Shown piece by piece: positions 17,577-26,917 of a DNA stretch of 64,000 nt (its first letter is position 1; every line of letters begins with the position of its first letter). The translations under genes and the position numbers were made by a program. Below the pieces are notes generated by a model, which ran no database searches, was not told where the DNA came from, and was given only the letters and a program-made list of their open reading frames with translations. The DNA is from Chloroflexota bacterium. GTDB lineage: Bacteria; Chloroflexota; Limnocylindria; Limnocylindrales; CSP1-4. The stretch covers positions 81,158 through 145,157 of the forward strand of contig JACPOS010000025.1 of NCBI GenBank assembly GCA_016191395.1, written 5' to 3'.

Positions 17577-18278
17577 CTAAACGACGCTCGGGCGCGCTCC
17601 GAAGATGGCGCGGCCGATCCGCACCATCGTCGCCCCCTCCTCGACCGCGATCGGGTAGTCCTCGCTCATGCCCATCGACAGCGCGGGGCCGAGGCCCGGG
17701 TGGCTGGTGCGCAGCCGTTCGGCCAGAGTCCGAAGCGCGACGAACGTGGGGCGTGCGAGCTCCGGCGTCTCGACCAGCCGCCCGACGGTCATCAGGCCGT
17801 CGACCGCGAGGCCCGGGAGATCCAGGATGGCGGGCAGATCGCGTTCCAGCGCCGCGGGATCGAAGCCCGCCTTCGCCGCGTCCTCGTCGACGTTGACCTG
17901 GAGCAGCACCGAGAGCCGGTTACCTGGCCGGAGCTCGCCCGCGATCCGGCCCAGCCGCTCGGCCAGCTCGAGCGAGTCAACCGTCTCGATGACGTCGAAC
18001 AGCTCCACGGCCCGTCGCGCCTTGTTCGACTGGAGGGGCCCGATGAGATGCCAGGACGCGGCCACGGCCGCCGTCGCCTCGGTCTTCGCCTGCCGCTCCT
18101 GGACGCGGTTCTCGCCGAACGCGTTGAACCCGGCCGCAGCGGCCGCGAGAATCCGATCCGGCGCGACAGTCTTCGAGACGGCGATCACGCGGACCGAGGC
18201 CGGGTCACGGCCCACGCGTCGCGCAGCGTCCTCGATGGCACGGGTCACGGCCACGCGCGCAGAAACGAGATCAGTCAC
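17577..18278 (-). CDS. yggS: YggS-family pyridoxal-phosphate homeostasis protein
   Basis: PLP-lysine context RVIAVSKTV. C-terminal SMGMSEDYPIAVEEGATMVRIGRAIFG. Homolog-like N-terminus begins at GTG 18278 (VTDLVSARV). The upstream 51 codons of the track ORF cover the repeat region and are probably not translated. Confidence 0.85.
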   Translation of the reverse strand: MTDLVSARVAVTRAIEDAARRVGRDPASVRVIAVSKTVAPDRILAAAAAGFNAFGENRVQERQAKTEATAAVAASWHLIGPLQSNKARRAVELFDVIETVDSLELAERLGRIAGELRPGNRLSVLLQVNVDEDAAKAGFDPAALERDLPAILDLPGLAVDGLMTVGRLVETPELARPTFVALRTLAERLRTSHPGLGPALSMGMSEDYPIAVEEGATMVRIGRAIFGARPSVV

Positions 18279-18289
18279 GCGGGTACTCG

Positions 18290-18326
18290 GAGGCGCGCAG
18301 CCGACAACGCGGCCAGGCGCCAGGAT
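18290..18326. repeat. 37-bp perfect direct repeat, copy 1
   Basis: GAGGCGCGCAGCCGACAACGCGGCCAGGCGCCAGGAT is identical to 18414-18450. Each copy can fold as GGCGC-CTG-GCCG-CGTTGT-CGGC-TGC-GCGCC on the minus strand. Confidence 0.9.
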
Positions 18327-18413
18327 GAGCCGGGGCCATCCGGTCGCGCTCAGCCTGATGCATGGCAAGGCGGAGGCGAGCACCGGAGCGAGCGCACCCC
18401 AGGGTGCGTGAGC

Positions 18414-18450
18414 GAGGCGCGCAGCCGACAACGCGGCCAGGCGCCAGGAT
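18414..18450. repeat. 37-bp perfect direct repeat, copy 2 (abuts the ftsZ stop codon)
   Basis: Identical 37-mer located 124 bp from copy 1. Its last base is part of the ftsZ TGA (18450-18452). Confidence 0.9.
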
Positions 18451-19661
18451 CAGCGCGACCGGCGGAGGAAGCTCGGGATCTCCAGATCGTCGGCGTCGTA
18501 GGCCGGGCGGCGGGCGGGGACCGGCTCAACCGTCGCACCGGAGCGGACCGTGTAGGCGGAGTCGTCTGCGCGGGCAGCGGGCGCATCCGGGACGCCCGTT
18601 TCGTTCATCGAGCTGCGCTGGCGCTCCAGCTCCTCGAGGAAGTCGCGTGGGGCCTTCGCCGTCGCGTCCGTTCCGGCGCCGGCCGAGGCGCGAGCGCCCG
18701 AGCCGTGCCGCTTGCCGTCGAAGCCGGTCGCGATGACGGTGATCGCCACCTCCTCGCCGAGCCGCTCGTTGAAGCTCGTGCCGAAGATGATGTTCGCCTC
18801 CGGATCTGCCGCGGCGCGGATCTCCTCCGCCGCCTCGGTGACCTCGTACAGCGACAGGTTCGAGCCGCCGGTGACGTTGAACAGGATCCCCTGCGCGCCG
18901 GCGATGTCGACCTCGAGCAGCGGGCTGGCGATGGCCTGACGAGCGGCCTCCACGGCGCGATTCTCGCCGGATGCGCGGCCGATGCCCATCAGGGCCGAGC
19001 CGGCGTCCTTCATGATCGCGCGCACGTCGGCGAAGTCGAGGTTGATCAGGCCCGGCACCGTGATGATGTCGCTGATCCCCTGGACACCCTGGCGCAGGAC
19101 GTCGTCCACGACGCGGAATGCGTCCAGGATCGAGGTGTTCTTCTGGACGACGTCGCGGAGCCGGTCGTTCGGGATCGTGATGAGGGTGTCGACGTTCGCC
19201 TTGAGCGACTCCCCCGCCTTCTCGGCCGTGAGGCGGCGCTTGGCGCCCTCGAACGTGAACGGCTTGGTGACGACCGCGATCGTGAGCGCGCCGAGCTCCT
19301 TGGCGATCTGGGCCACGACCGGGGCCGCGCCGGAGCCGGTGCCGCCGCCGAGGCCGGAGGTGATGAACACCATGTCCGAGCCCTCGAGGGCCTGCGCGAT
19401 CTTGTCGCTGTCCTCCTCGGCCGCGCGCTCCCCGATGGAGGGGTCGCCGCCGGCGCCGAGGCCGCGCGTGATCTTGTCGCCGATGCGCAGCTTGTGCGGC
19501 GCATCCGACTGCAGGAGTGCCTGCGCATCCGTGTTGAGGGCGATGAACTCCACGCCCATCATCTCCGCCCGGATCATCCGATTGACGGCGTTGCTGCCGC
19601 CACCGCCCACGCCGATCACCCTGATCAGGGCGAAGTTCTCAGAGTCCGAGCGCAGGCCCAT
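18450..19661 (-). CDS. ftsZ: Cell division protein FtsZ
   Basis: 403 aa. Tubulin signature [14 protein letters not shown]-terminal [26 protein letters not shown] lies 5 nt before the ATG. Confidence 0.97.
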   Translation of the reverse strand: MGLRSDSENFALIRVIGVGGGGSNAVNRMIRAEMMGVEFIALNTDAQALLQSDAPHKLRIGDKITRGLGAGGDPSIGERAAEEDSDKIAQALEGSDMVFITSGLGGGTGSGAAPVVAQIAKELGALTIAVVTKPFTFEGAKRRLTAEKAGESLKANVDTLITIPNDRLRDVVQKNTSILDAFRVVDDVLRQGVQGISDIITVPGLINLDFADVRAIMKDAGSALMGIGRASGENRAVEAARQAIASPLLEVDIAGAQGILFNVTGGSNLSLYEVTEAAEEIRAAADPEANIIFGTSFNERLGEEVAITVIATGFDGKRHGSGARASAGAGTDATAKAPRDFLEELERQRSSMNETGVPDAPAARADDSAYTVRSGATVEPVPARRPAYDADDLEIPSFLRRSR

Positions 19662-19763
19662 GGCTACTCCTCCAGCGTCCTTGCGGTCGCGGTATTGGGG
19701 CGGAATTGAAGTGGAACACCGGCGCGCTCGCTCGCCGCATCTCCCTCTCGCAGGTTGTCGCCG

Positions 19764-19772
19764 AGTCTAGCA
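19764..19772 (-). promoter_or_regulatory. Candidate extended -10 element TGCTAGACT upstream of ftsZ
   Basis: Minus-strand CCGATGCTAGACTCGG lies in the 176-bp ftsA-ftsZ gap and fits TGnTANNNT. No clear -35 element. A near-identical motif sits at 35957-35965. Confidence 0.3.
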
Positions 19773-19837
19773 TCGGCCCCTGTTCCAGCGCGCATCGATT
19801 CCTTACGCGAAGCCCGAAAAGCCTCGGTGCACAGGAG

Positions 19838-21067
19838 CTACGGGAGCATGCTCTTGATGGCGCTCCGAAGGCGGCCCAGTGCGCCCGCCGCGGGAGCCGA
19901 TTCGTAGCGAGCCGGCTCGCCCTCGTCGAGCATGGACGCGCCCCACTGGAGCAGTCCGATGCTGGTCGCGTAGGCGGGGGTCAGGATGGAGTCGGTCAGG
20001 CCGCCGACGCCCGAGGGGCCGACGACGCGGACCGGCATCTGGAGCACCTCGCGCCCGAGCTCGGCGATGCCCGCGAGCTGTGCGCCGCCGCCGGTGAGGA
20101 TGAGCCCCGCGGGGAGCATGCCGGCGCCGCCGGCGTGGATCTCCGCGCCGATGAGCTCGAACGTCTCGCGCATGCGCGATTCGATGATCCGGCAGAGCTC
20201 GATCCGGCTGATCGTGCGGCCAGCCTCCTCGCCGAGCACGGAGACCGCGATCTCCTCGTCGTCCGCGATGCCGCGCAGGTCGCAGGTACCGTGGCGGACC
20301 TTGAGCTCCTCCGCGGCCGGGAGCGAGGTCTTGATCCCGATGGCGATGTCGTTGGTGACGAAGTTGCCGCCGACCGGCAGGACGCTCGTTCGGAACGGCG
20401 AGCCCTCGTTGAACATCGCGAGATCGATGGTGCCGGCGCCCACGTCCGCGACCGCCACGCCGAGCTCGCGCTCCGTCTCGTTGGCGACCGCCTCCGCCGA
20501 CGCGAGGGCATTGACGACCAGCTCGTCGATCTTGACCCCGGCCTGGGCGACGCACTTCATGAGGTTCTGGACCGCCGTCTGGGGTGCCGTCACGATGTGC
20601 GTCTCCACCTCCAGGCGGATGGCGCTCATGCCCAGCGGGTCCTTCACGCCCTCCTGGCCGTCGACGGTGAACCCACGCCGCTCCACGTGGAGGACCTCGC
20701 GGGTGGACGGGATCGGGATCGTCCGGGCCTGCTCCACGGCGCGCCGGATGTCGTCGCGGGCGACCTCCTTGGTGTGGGCCGCGACGGACACCTGGCCGGT
20801 GGAGTTCAGGCTCTCCACCTGCGCGCCGCCGACGCCGACGAACGCCTTGTCGATCTTCCAGCCGGACAGCCGCTCGGCGCGCTCGACCGCGTCGCGGATC
20901 GAGCGGACCGTCTGCTCGATGTTGACGACGGCGCCGCGCTTCAGCCCGGCGGACGGCACGGTGCCGTGACCGATGACCGTGAGCCGGCCGTCGCGCCCGA
21001 TCTCGCCGATCAGCGCGCAGACCTTGCTCGTCCCGACGTCGAGTGCGACCAGGACCCCTTCTACCAC
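19838..21067 (-). CDS. ftsA: Cell division protein FtsA
   Basis: 409 aa, actin/HSP70 fold. VALDVGTSKVCALIG phosphate-1 motif, IDLAMFNEG, LTGGGAQLAGIAEL. GTG start. Confidence 0.9.
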   Translation of the reverse strand: MVEGVLVALDVGTSKVCALIGEIGRDGRLTVIGHGTVPSAGLKRGAVVNIEQTVRSIRDAVERAERLSGWKIDKAFVGVGGAQVESLNSTGQVSVAAHTKEVARDDIRRAVEQARTIPIPSTREVLHVERRGFTVDGQEGVKDPLGMSAIRLEVETHIVTAPQTAVQNLMKCVAQAGVKIDELVVNALASAEAVANETERELGVAVADVGAGTIDLAMFNEGSPFRTSVLPVGGNFVTNDIAIGIKTSLPAAEELKVRHGTCDLRGIADDEEIAVSVLGEEAGRTISRIELCRIIESRMRETFELIGAEIHAGGAGMLPAGLILTGGGAQLAGIAELGREVLQMPVRVVGPSGVGGLTDSILTPAYATSIGLLQWGASMLDEGEPARYESAPAAGALGRLRSAIKSMLP

Positions 21068-21075
21068 GCCCTACC

Positions 21076-21399
21076 TCAGATGAAGTGCCGCCGGATGAGA
21101 GCGACGTTGTTGAAGATCCGCAACCCGAACGTGATCAGCGCCACCAGGTACAGGTCCAGACCGAGCCGGTCCCCGATGAAGGTCAGGATCACCGCCACGA
21201 TCGCGTTCGTGACGAAGCCGGAGATGAAGATTCGATTGTTGTAGACGCCATCGAGCTCTGCCCGCACCGCCCCGAGCACCGAATCGAGCGCGGCGAGGAT
21301 CGCCACGGCCGAGTAGCGGCTGAGCTCGAAGCCGACGTTGACGTTGAGGACGAGCCCGAGCAGGACGCCCACCAGCAGGCCTGCCAGGGGGAGGAGCAA
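21076..21399 (-). CDS. sbp: Small basic protein Sbp (DUF1290 family)
   Basis: 107 aa. Aligns along its whole length, from memory, with B. subtilis Sbp (LSIAVLAALD...GF..N...A......G..LG.DLYL......FG.R.F.N.A.IRR). Sits immediately upstream of ftsA, as in Bacillus. TTG start. Confidence 0.8.
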   Translation of the reverse strand: MLLPLAGLLVGVLLGLVLNVNVGFELSRYSAVAILAALDSVLGAVRAELDGVYNNRIFISGFVTNAIVAVILTFIGDRLGLDLYLVALITFGLRIFNNVALIRRHFI

Positions 21400-21438
21400 C
21401 AGGACCGTCCTCGCTGCGGTGCGTTCGCGGGAAGGCTA

Positions 21439-22398
21439 TCACCGCACGGTGGCCTTCGGGGTGGCCTTCGGAACGTACGTGCCGTCGGTCGCCGAGGCGA
21501 GGATGATTCGGAGCAGGTCCGGCTCCCGGCCGTAGAGCAGGCTCTTGAGCAGCCGGACCTGGCCCGCGATCATGTCCGTGGAGCGCGTGGCCGGGCTGTA
21601 GAAGCCGAAGACGGCGGTCCAGCCCCCGTTCGAGCTCAGGACGAACCCGTCGAGGTCGGTGATCGCCACCCGCAGGCTCGTGGCCGCGCTGCCGATGTCG
21701 GCGGGCGTGACGCTGCCGAGCCGGGTCGCGACATCGAAGTCCACGGCGTCGACCAGGCCGCCTACCTGCGGCGGCTCCTCGCCCCCGCGCCCGTCCACGA
21801 CGACGACCACTCCCGCGGGAAGCGCCGCGGCCGTGCTCGTCGTCGCGAAGATCGTGCCGCCCCGATCGGCCATGTAGCGGGTGTCGCCGACCTGCCAGGC
21901 CAGGACCGGCTGGCGCTCCTCGATCTGGACGACCACGACCGCGTCCGGGAGGCCCACGGACACGTCGGCTGTCGCGACGGCCGGCAGGCCGCGGAGCGCG
22001 GCCTCGAGCGGCGTCGTATCCAGCCGGAACACGTTGGTCCCGGCAGGCAGGGCGAGGGTGGCGCGAACCACGGCCGGGTCCGTCCAGGTCAGCGATGGAA
22101 GGTCCGTGCGGGTGAGCGCGAACGCGGTCGGGCCGGTGACGAACGTGAACGCGAAGCCACAGGCGAGCATGCCCAGCAGGCCAGCCGCCCGCGTCGCCGT
22201 GACGATCCGGGTGGGCCTGCGCAGCCGGCCGAGCGCCGCACGGGCGGGTACCCCACTGCGACGGCCGGCCGGGCCAACCAGGCCGCGCGTCTGGCGACCG
22301 AGCGCCGCGTCTGGCGGGCGCGTCGGGACCGTGGCACGCGTGCTCTTCATCGGACGGGCACCCGACGCCCGACGCGAACCCGAGCCGAACCGCCTCAT
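21439..22398 (-). CDS. ftsQ: Cell division protein FtsQ/DivIB (POTRA domain)
   Basis: Basic N-terminus, one TM helix (AAGLLGMLACGFAFTFV), then a POTRA-like region (VFRLDTTPLEAALRGLPAVATADVSVGLPDAVVVVQIEERQP). ATG at 22398 forms an ATGA overlap with the ddl stop. Confidence 0.8.
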   Translation of the reverse strand: MRRFGSGSRRASGARPMKSTRATVPTRPPDAALGRQTRGLVGPAGRRSGVPARAALGRLRRPTRIVTATRAAGLLGMLACGFAFTFVTGPTAFALTRTDLPSLTWTDPAVVRATLALPAGTNVFRLDTTPLEAALRGLPAVATADVSVGLPDAVVVVQIEERQPVLAWQVGDTRYMADRGGTIFATTSTAAALPAGVVVVVDGRGGEEPPQVGGLVDAVDFDVATRLGSVTPADIGSAATSLRVAITDLDGFVLSSNGGWTAVFGFYSPATRSTDMIAGQVRLLKSLLYGREPDLLRIILASATDGTYVPKATPKATVR

Positions 22399-23528
22399 CG
22401 TGGCAAATCGAGCGGAGTGAGCGCCGGTCGATCGCGCGCCGCGGCCCGCTCCAGCGCGAGGTCGATGATCCGCAGGCACACCGCGACGAAGTCAAGGCCG
22501 GCCTCGGCCGGCATGGTCGGGAACAGGCTGATCGGCGTGAAGCCCGGGATCGTGTTGATCTCCGACAGGTAGATCGAGTCGCCCTGGACGAGGAAGTCGA
22601 TGCGCGCGAACCCCTCGGTGCCGAGCGCGCGGTAGGCATCGCGGGCGAGCTTGCGCATCAGCTCGCGGGTCGCGTCCGACACCTCCGCCCGCGTCGAGGT
22701 CTCGGACAGGCCCGGCGTGTACTTCGCGGCATAGTCGTAGAACTCGTGGCCCGCCACGATCTCGCCCGGCCCGTACACGCCGAGTGGCGCCTCGGTGCCG
22801 ATGACGGAGATCTCCAGGTCGCGGGCGCCGGCGAGGTAGCGCTCGACGATCGCCAGGTCGTCGTACCGGAACGCCAGGTCGAGCGCCGCCCCTCGCTCGC
22901 CAGCCGTATGTGCGAGCGTCATCCCGACCGACGACCCGAGACGGGCCGGCTTGACCATCAGCCGCGGGTCGGCACGCGGCGATCCGGAGGCGAAGGCGTC
23001 CAGCTGGGTGAGCACGCCGGCGCGATTCGAGGTCCAGCTCGCAGCCCGGACCTCCAGCCAGTCGATCACCGGCAGGCCGAGGCCGCGCCAGATCCGCTTC
23101 TGCTCGATCTTGTCCATGCCCAGGGCGGAGGCCATGACGCCGGCGCCCGTGTACGCGAGACCGGCGGCCTCGAGCAGCGCCTGGACCGTGCCGTCCTCGC
23201 CGAACGGACCGTGCAGCGCGATGAAGACCACCGGAGAAGGGCGCGCCGCGGCGAGCCGGTCGATCGCCGCGCCCACGATGACCGGCCCGTCCGCGCCGAG
23301 CGCGCGGGGGTTGTCGTAGTCGGCCTGCGGGCGCCCGTCCCGGCGGTGACCGGCGGGCAGCCACCACCACCCGCCGTCGAGGTCGATCAGCACCTGGCGG
23401 ACGTCGATGCCCTCGCCGGCAAGCGCGTCGGCGATGGCCGTGCCGGACACGACGGAGACGTCGTGCTCGGCCGACGGGCCGCCGAGCAGCACGACGACCG
23501 GCGGATACGCCGTTCGATCGGGGGTCAT
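22395..23528 (-). CDS. ddl: D-alanine--D-alanine ligase
   Basis: ATP-grasp enzyme. VVVLLGGPSAEHDVSVVSG, HGPFGEDGTVQ and RIDFLV...YLSEINTIPG. ATG at 23528 gives an ATGA overlap with murB. Confidence 0.9.
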   Translation of the reverse strand: MTPDRTAYPPVVVLLGGPSAEHDVSVVSGTAIADALAGEGIDVRQVLIDLDGGWWWLPAGHRRDGRPQADYDNPRALGADGPVIVGAAIDRLAAARPSPVVFIALHGPFGEDGTVQALLEAAGLAYTGAGVMASALGMDKIEQKRIWRGLGLPVIDWLEVRAASWTSNRAGVLTQLDAFASGSPRADPRLMVKPARLGSSVGMTLAHTAGERGAALDLAFRYDDLAIVERYLAGARDLEISVIGTEAPLGVYGPGEIVAGHEFYDYAAKYTPGLSETSTRAEVSDATRELMRKLARDAYRALGTEGFARIDFLVQGDSIYLSEINTIPGFTPISLFPTMPAEAGLDFVAVCLRIIDLALERAAARDRPALTPLDLPR

Positions 23529-24499
23529 GCGTCGGCCGCCCACGGCCAGCCGGCCCAGTCACCGACGAACACGATCTCCGGCTGGAGGTCCACGCCGGTC
23601 GACGCCAGGACGGTCGCGCGAACGCGGTCCATGAGCCGGCGCACGTCCGCGGCCGTCCCCTTGCGGTCGTTGACGATGAAGTTCGCGTGCTTGGGCGAGA
23701 CGGTCGCGCCGCCCTCCTGGCTCCCCTTGAGGCCGAGCCCGTCGATCAGGGCTCCGGCGGATGGACCATCCGGCGGGTTCCGGAACACGCTGCCCGCCGA
23801 CGGGATCCCGAGCGGCTGGTGTGCCTGGCGCCAGCGGCGGATGTCGTCGAGCCGGGCCTTGATCTCGCTCTCGGAGGCCGGCTCGAGGCGGAACCGGCCG
23901 CCGATGACGACCTCGGCCGGCGAATCGCCCGGCTGGTGCTTGAAGCGGCTCTCGCGATATGCCAGGCCGAGCTCCGCCGCGGGGAGGCGCGCCTCGCTGC
24001 CATCGGCGAGGACCACGTCCGCCGACTCCAGGATCGACTTGACGTCAGAGCCGTGCGCGCCGGCATTGGCCCAGATCGCACCGCCGACGCTGCCGGGGAT
24101 CGCGAGCCCGAACTCCAGCCCGCTCAAGCCCGCCTTCTGGGTCTCCGTGGCGGCGCGCGCCATCGGGACGCCGGCCTCGGCGACGTATTCGTTGCCCTCC
24201 ACCCGCGATCCTTCCGCGCGGACGTGGACCACCAGGCCGCGAACCCCACGGTCGGAGACGACGACGTTGCTCCCGCGGGCGAGCAGGAGCAGCGGCAGGT
24301 CGCGTGAGCGCGCGAACCGGACCAGCCCGCGCAGCTCGAACGCGTTGTGGGCCGTGGCGAACAGGTCGGCGGGCCCGCCGACGCGCATGGTGGTCTGCTT
24401 GCCGAGCGGCATGCCCCGCTCCGCCTTCACGCCCACCCGGCGGGCGATGTCGCCGGCCAGCGCGACGAGATCGAGCGGCGATGCCGCCGCGGGGCTCAT
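23525..24499 (-). CDS. murB: UDP-N-acetylenolpyruvoylglucosamine reductase
   Basis: 324 aa. FAD-binding TTMRVGGPADLF, GSNVVVSD and GLEFGLAIPGSVGGAIWANAGAHG. Confidence 0.92.
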   Translation of the reverse strand: MSPAAASPLDLVALAGDIARRVGVKAERGMPLGKQTTMRVGGPADLFATAHNAFELRGLVRFARSRDLPLLLLARGSNVVVSDRGVRGLVVHVRAEGSRVEGNEYVAEAGVPMARAATETQKAGLSGLEFGLAIPGSVGGAIWANAGAHGSDVKSILESADVVLADGSEARLPAAELGLAYRESRFKHQPGDSPAEVVIGGRFRLEPASESEIKARLDDIRRWRQAHQPLGIPSAGSVFRNPPDGPSAGALIDGLGLKGSQEGGATVSPKHANFIVNDRKGTAADVRRLMDRVRATVLASTGVDLQPEIVFVGDWAGWPWAADA

Positions 24500-25653
24500 C
24501 AGGACCCCGCCGCGCCGGCGGCCAGGCGGGTGACCGCTGCCTGGTCCGGGAGGACGCGCCGCTCCGCCAGCGCGAGGAGGAGCGTGGCCACGGCATCCGC
24601 GGCACCGGGACGGCCCAGCGAGCGCGCCGCCACCACCATTGCTGCGTGGCGCGCCGGATCCTGAAGGATGTCGACGGCCGCGAGCAGCGCTCCGGCGTCG
24701 AAGGCCTCGTCGGCCACGAGCTCCGCCGCCCCGGCGTTCGCGAGCACGGCCGCGTTGGCGCGCTGGTGCGCACCGGCATGGGGATACGGGACGACGATCA
24801 TGGGCAGCCCGAACGCGGTCACCTCGGCGAGGGTGGACGAGCCTGCCCGCCCAACGACCAGGTCGGCGGCAGCAAGCGCGTCGAGCAGCTCCTCGCCGAG
24901 GAAGGCCTCGGGGCGATAGCGCCCGCGAAGCTCCTCGGGCAGCCGGGCACGGACGGCCGTCGCGGCGTCCAGCCCATCCGCCCCGGCGACGTGGATGACG
25001 TGGACCCGCTCGACGAGCCGCGGGAGGGCGGCGGCAACCGCGTCGTTGAGGCGGCGCACCGCCTGCGAGCCGCCGAAGATCACGACGAGGCGGGCGTCCG
25101 CGGGAATGCCAAGCCGCTCCCGTGCCGCGACCCGATCGATGCCGGCGACGTCACGGATCGGGGTGCCGGTGACGAGGCATCCGGCGCGCGCCGGCAGGGC
25201 GGCACACGTGGCCTGGAACGAGACTGCGAGGGCGGATGCGAGCCGCGCGGTGGCGCGGACGCTCTTCCCGGGGATCACGTTGCCCTCCCACAGGAGCGCC
25301 GGGATGCCCAGCGCGCGGGCGGCGAGCAGCACCGGGATCGCCACGTAGCCGCCGGTCGTGAAGATCGCCGCCGGTCGCCGACGGATGAGCCACCACAGCG
25401 CCTGGGGCACGGACAGCCCGAGGCGTACCGGGTCGAGGACGAGATGGACGTCGCGGCCGACGGAACGCAGCGATCGTAGGACGAGCCGCTGCAGGGGGAT
25501 GCCCGCCGGCGGGACGAGCCGGCCCTCCAGCCCGCGGCGGCCACCGACCCACGCCAGCTCAGGGGCGCCTGGTCGGCGACGCAGCGCGCTCGCGACGGCC
25601 AGCGCCGGGTAGATATGACCCCCGGTGCCCCCGCCCGCGATCAGCAGCCTCAT
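24499..25653 (-). CDS. murG: Undecaprenyl-PP-MurNAc-pentapeptide GlcNAc transferase
   Basis: Canonical N-terminus MRLLIAGGGTGGHIYPALAVA. C-terminal GRAGSSTLAEV...P.P.A..HQ..NA. Confidence 0.93.
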   Translation of the reverse strand: MRLLIAGGGTGGHIYPALAVASALRRRPGAPELAWVGGRRGLEGRLVPPAGIPLQRLVLRSLRSVGRDVHLVLDPVRLGLSVPQALWWLIRRRPAAIFTTGGYVAIPVLLAARALGIPALLWEGNVIPGKSVRATARLASALAVSFQATCAALPARAGCLVTGTPIRDVAGIDRVAARERLGIPADARLVVIFGGSQAVRRLNDAVAAALPRLVERVHVIHVAGADGLDAATAVRARLPEELRGRYRPEAFLGEELLDALAAADLVVGRAGSSTLAEVTAFGLPMIVVPYPHAGAHQRANAAVLANAGAAELVADEAFDAGALLAAVDILQDPARHAAMVVAARSLGRPGAADAVATLLLALAERRVLPDQAAVTRLAAGAAGS

Positions 25654-26917
25654 CGGTCCTCCGCAGCTCCGCCGTTCGTGTCTCGGACTTGCGAGCCTCC
25701 GGCTTTGCGCCGCGACCCTTGGGCTCCAGCGTCTCCCTGGAGATGGACAGGAGCACGCCTGCCGCGGCGAAGCTCACGAGCAGCGACGAGCCACCGGCGC
25801 TGATGAACGGCAGCGTGATGCCCGTCACCGGCAGCAGCGCCACCACGACGGCGATGTTGATGAACGCCTGATAGCACAGCCAGGCGGTGATCCCTGCTGC
25901 AAGCAGCGCGCCGAACGTATCGGGCGCGCGAAGGGCGGTCCGTACGCCCGCGTACGCCAGGAGCAGGAAGAGGACGATCACGAGGCCCGCGCCGATGAAC
26001 CCGAACTCCTCGCCGATGATTGCGAAGATGAAGTCGTTCCAGGCGTTTGGCAGGTACAGGCCACCGGCGAGCTTGCTCTCCCCGAGGCCGGTGCCGAGGA
26101 TCCCGCCCAATCCGAGCGCGAGCAGGCCCTGGATCGTGTGGAAGCCCGCCCCGAGCGGGTCCGCCCACGGGTTGATGAATGTCTGGATGCGCTCGAGCTG
26201 GTAGTCCTTCAGGCCGATCAGCAGCACGCCGACGACACCGATCCCGCCCATCGCGCCGAGCTGCAGCAGGCTCGCCCCGGCGACGAAGAACATGGTGAAC
26301 GCGGTGAGCGTGATGACGACCGTCGTCCCGAGGTCCGGCTCCTTGAACACCAGGGCGATCACCGGCACGGCGATCAGGAGGAACGGCAGCATGCCCGCCT
26401 TGAACCGGGCGACCTGGTTGCCCTTGTTCGCGAGCCAGTGGGCGAGGTAGACGATCAGGGCGAGCTTTGCGACCTCGGCCGGATGGACCGCCGGCAGCGG
26501 CCCGAGCACCAGCCACCGCGCCGAGCCGCCGACCACGCGGCCGAGCGAGGGCACGAACACGAGCACCAGCAGGACGATCGCGATCAGGTACGCGGGCACC
26601 GACACGAGCCGGAGCCAGCGGTAGTCGATCCGCATGACGCCGACCATGACCAGCAGCCCCAGCGCGCCCCAGAAGATCTGCGGGCCCACGATCGCGAGGG
26701 TGTCGTCGCGTGACGTGTACGCGAACATCGCGGACGACGAGTAGACCATCAGGATGCCGATCGCCGAGAGTGCGACGACCGCCAGCAGGATGGAGTAGTC
26801 CGCCTGGTGGCGCTCGCGCCGGAGGACGTCCGATGTCGCGCGCGCCGGTGGCCGCTCGGAGACGACCGGTCGGGCGGAGCCGCGCCTCGGGACGGCGAGG
26901 CGGCCTGCGATGTCCAT
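25559..26917 (-). CDS. ftsW: SEDS-family peptidoglycan polymerase FtsW
   Basis: 452 aa and multi-pass. The FtsW/RodA/SpoVE motifs NDFIFAIIGEEFGFIGA and TGITLPFISAGGSSL are present. The charged C-terminal tail overlaps murG by 95 nt. Confidence 0.9.
   Translation of the reverse strand: MDIAGRLAVPRRGSARPVVSERPPARATSDVLRRERHQADYSILLAVVALSAIGILMVYSSSAMFAYTSRDDTLAIVGPQIFWGALGLLVMVGVMRIDYRWLRLVSVPAYLIAIVLLVLVFVPSLGRVVGGSARWLVLGPLPAVHPAEVAKLALIVYLAHWLANKGNQVARFKAGMLPFLLIAVPVIALVFKEPDLGTTVVITLTAFTMFFVAGASLLQLGAMGGIGVVGVLLIGLKDYQLERIQTFINPWADPLGAGFHTIQGLLALGLGGILGTGLGESKLAGGLYLPNAWNDFIFAIIGEEFGFIGAGLVIVLFLLLAYAGVRTALRAPDTFGALLAAGITAWLCYQAFINIAVVVALLPVTGITLPFISAGGSSLLVSFAAAGVLLSISRETLEPKGRGAKPEARKSETRTAELRRTDEAADRGRGHRGSYLPGAGRRERAASPTRRP

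Noticed and set aside
17700-19709. 669-aa plus-strand ORF over yggS and ftsZ, and similar antisense ORFs (2384-3766, 8980-10983, 21043-22572, 22746-24533, 26710-28602, 33209-35098, 44276-46249)
   Set aside because: All are antisense to confidently identified housekeeping genes. Their compositions are Arg/Gly/Asp/Ala-rich, typical of GC-rich shadow frames.
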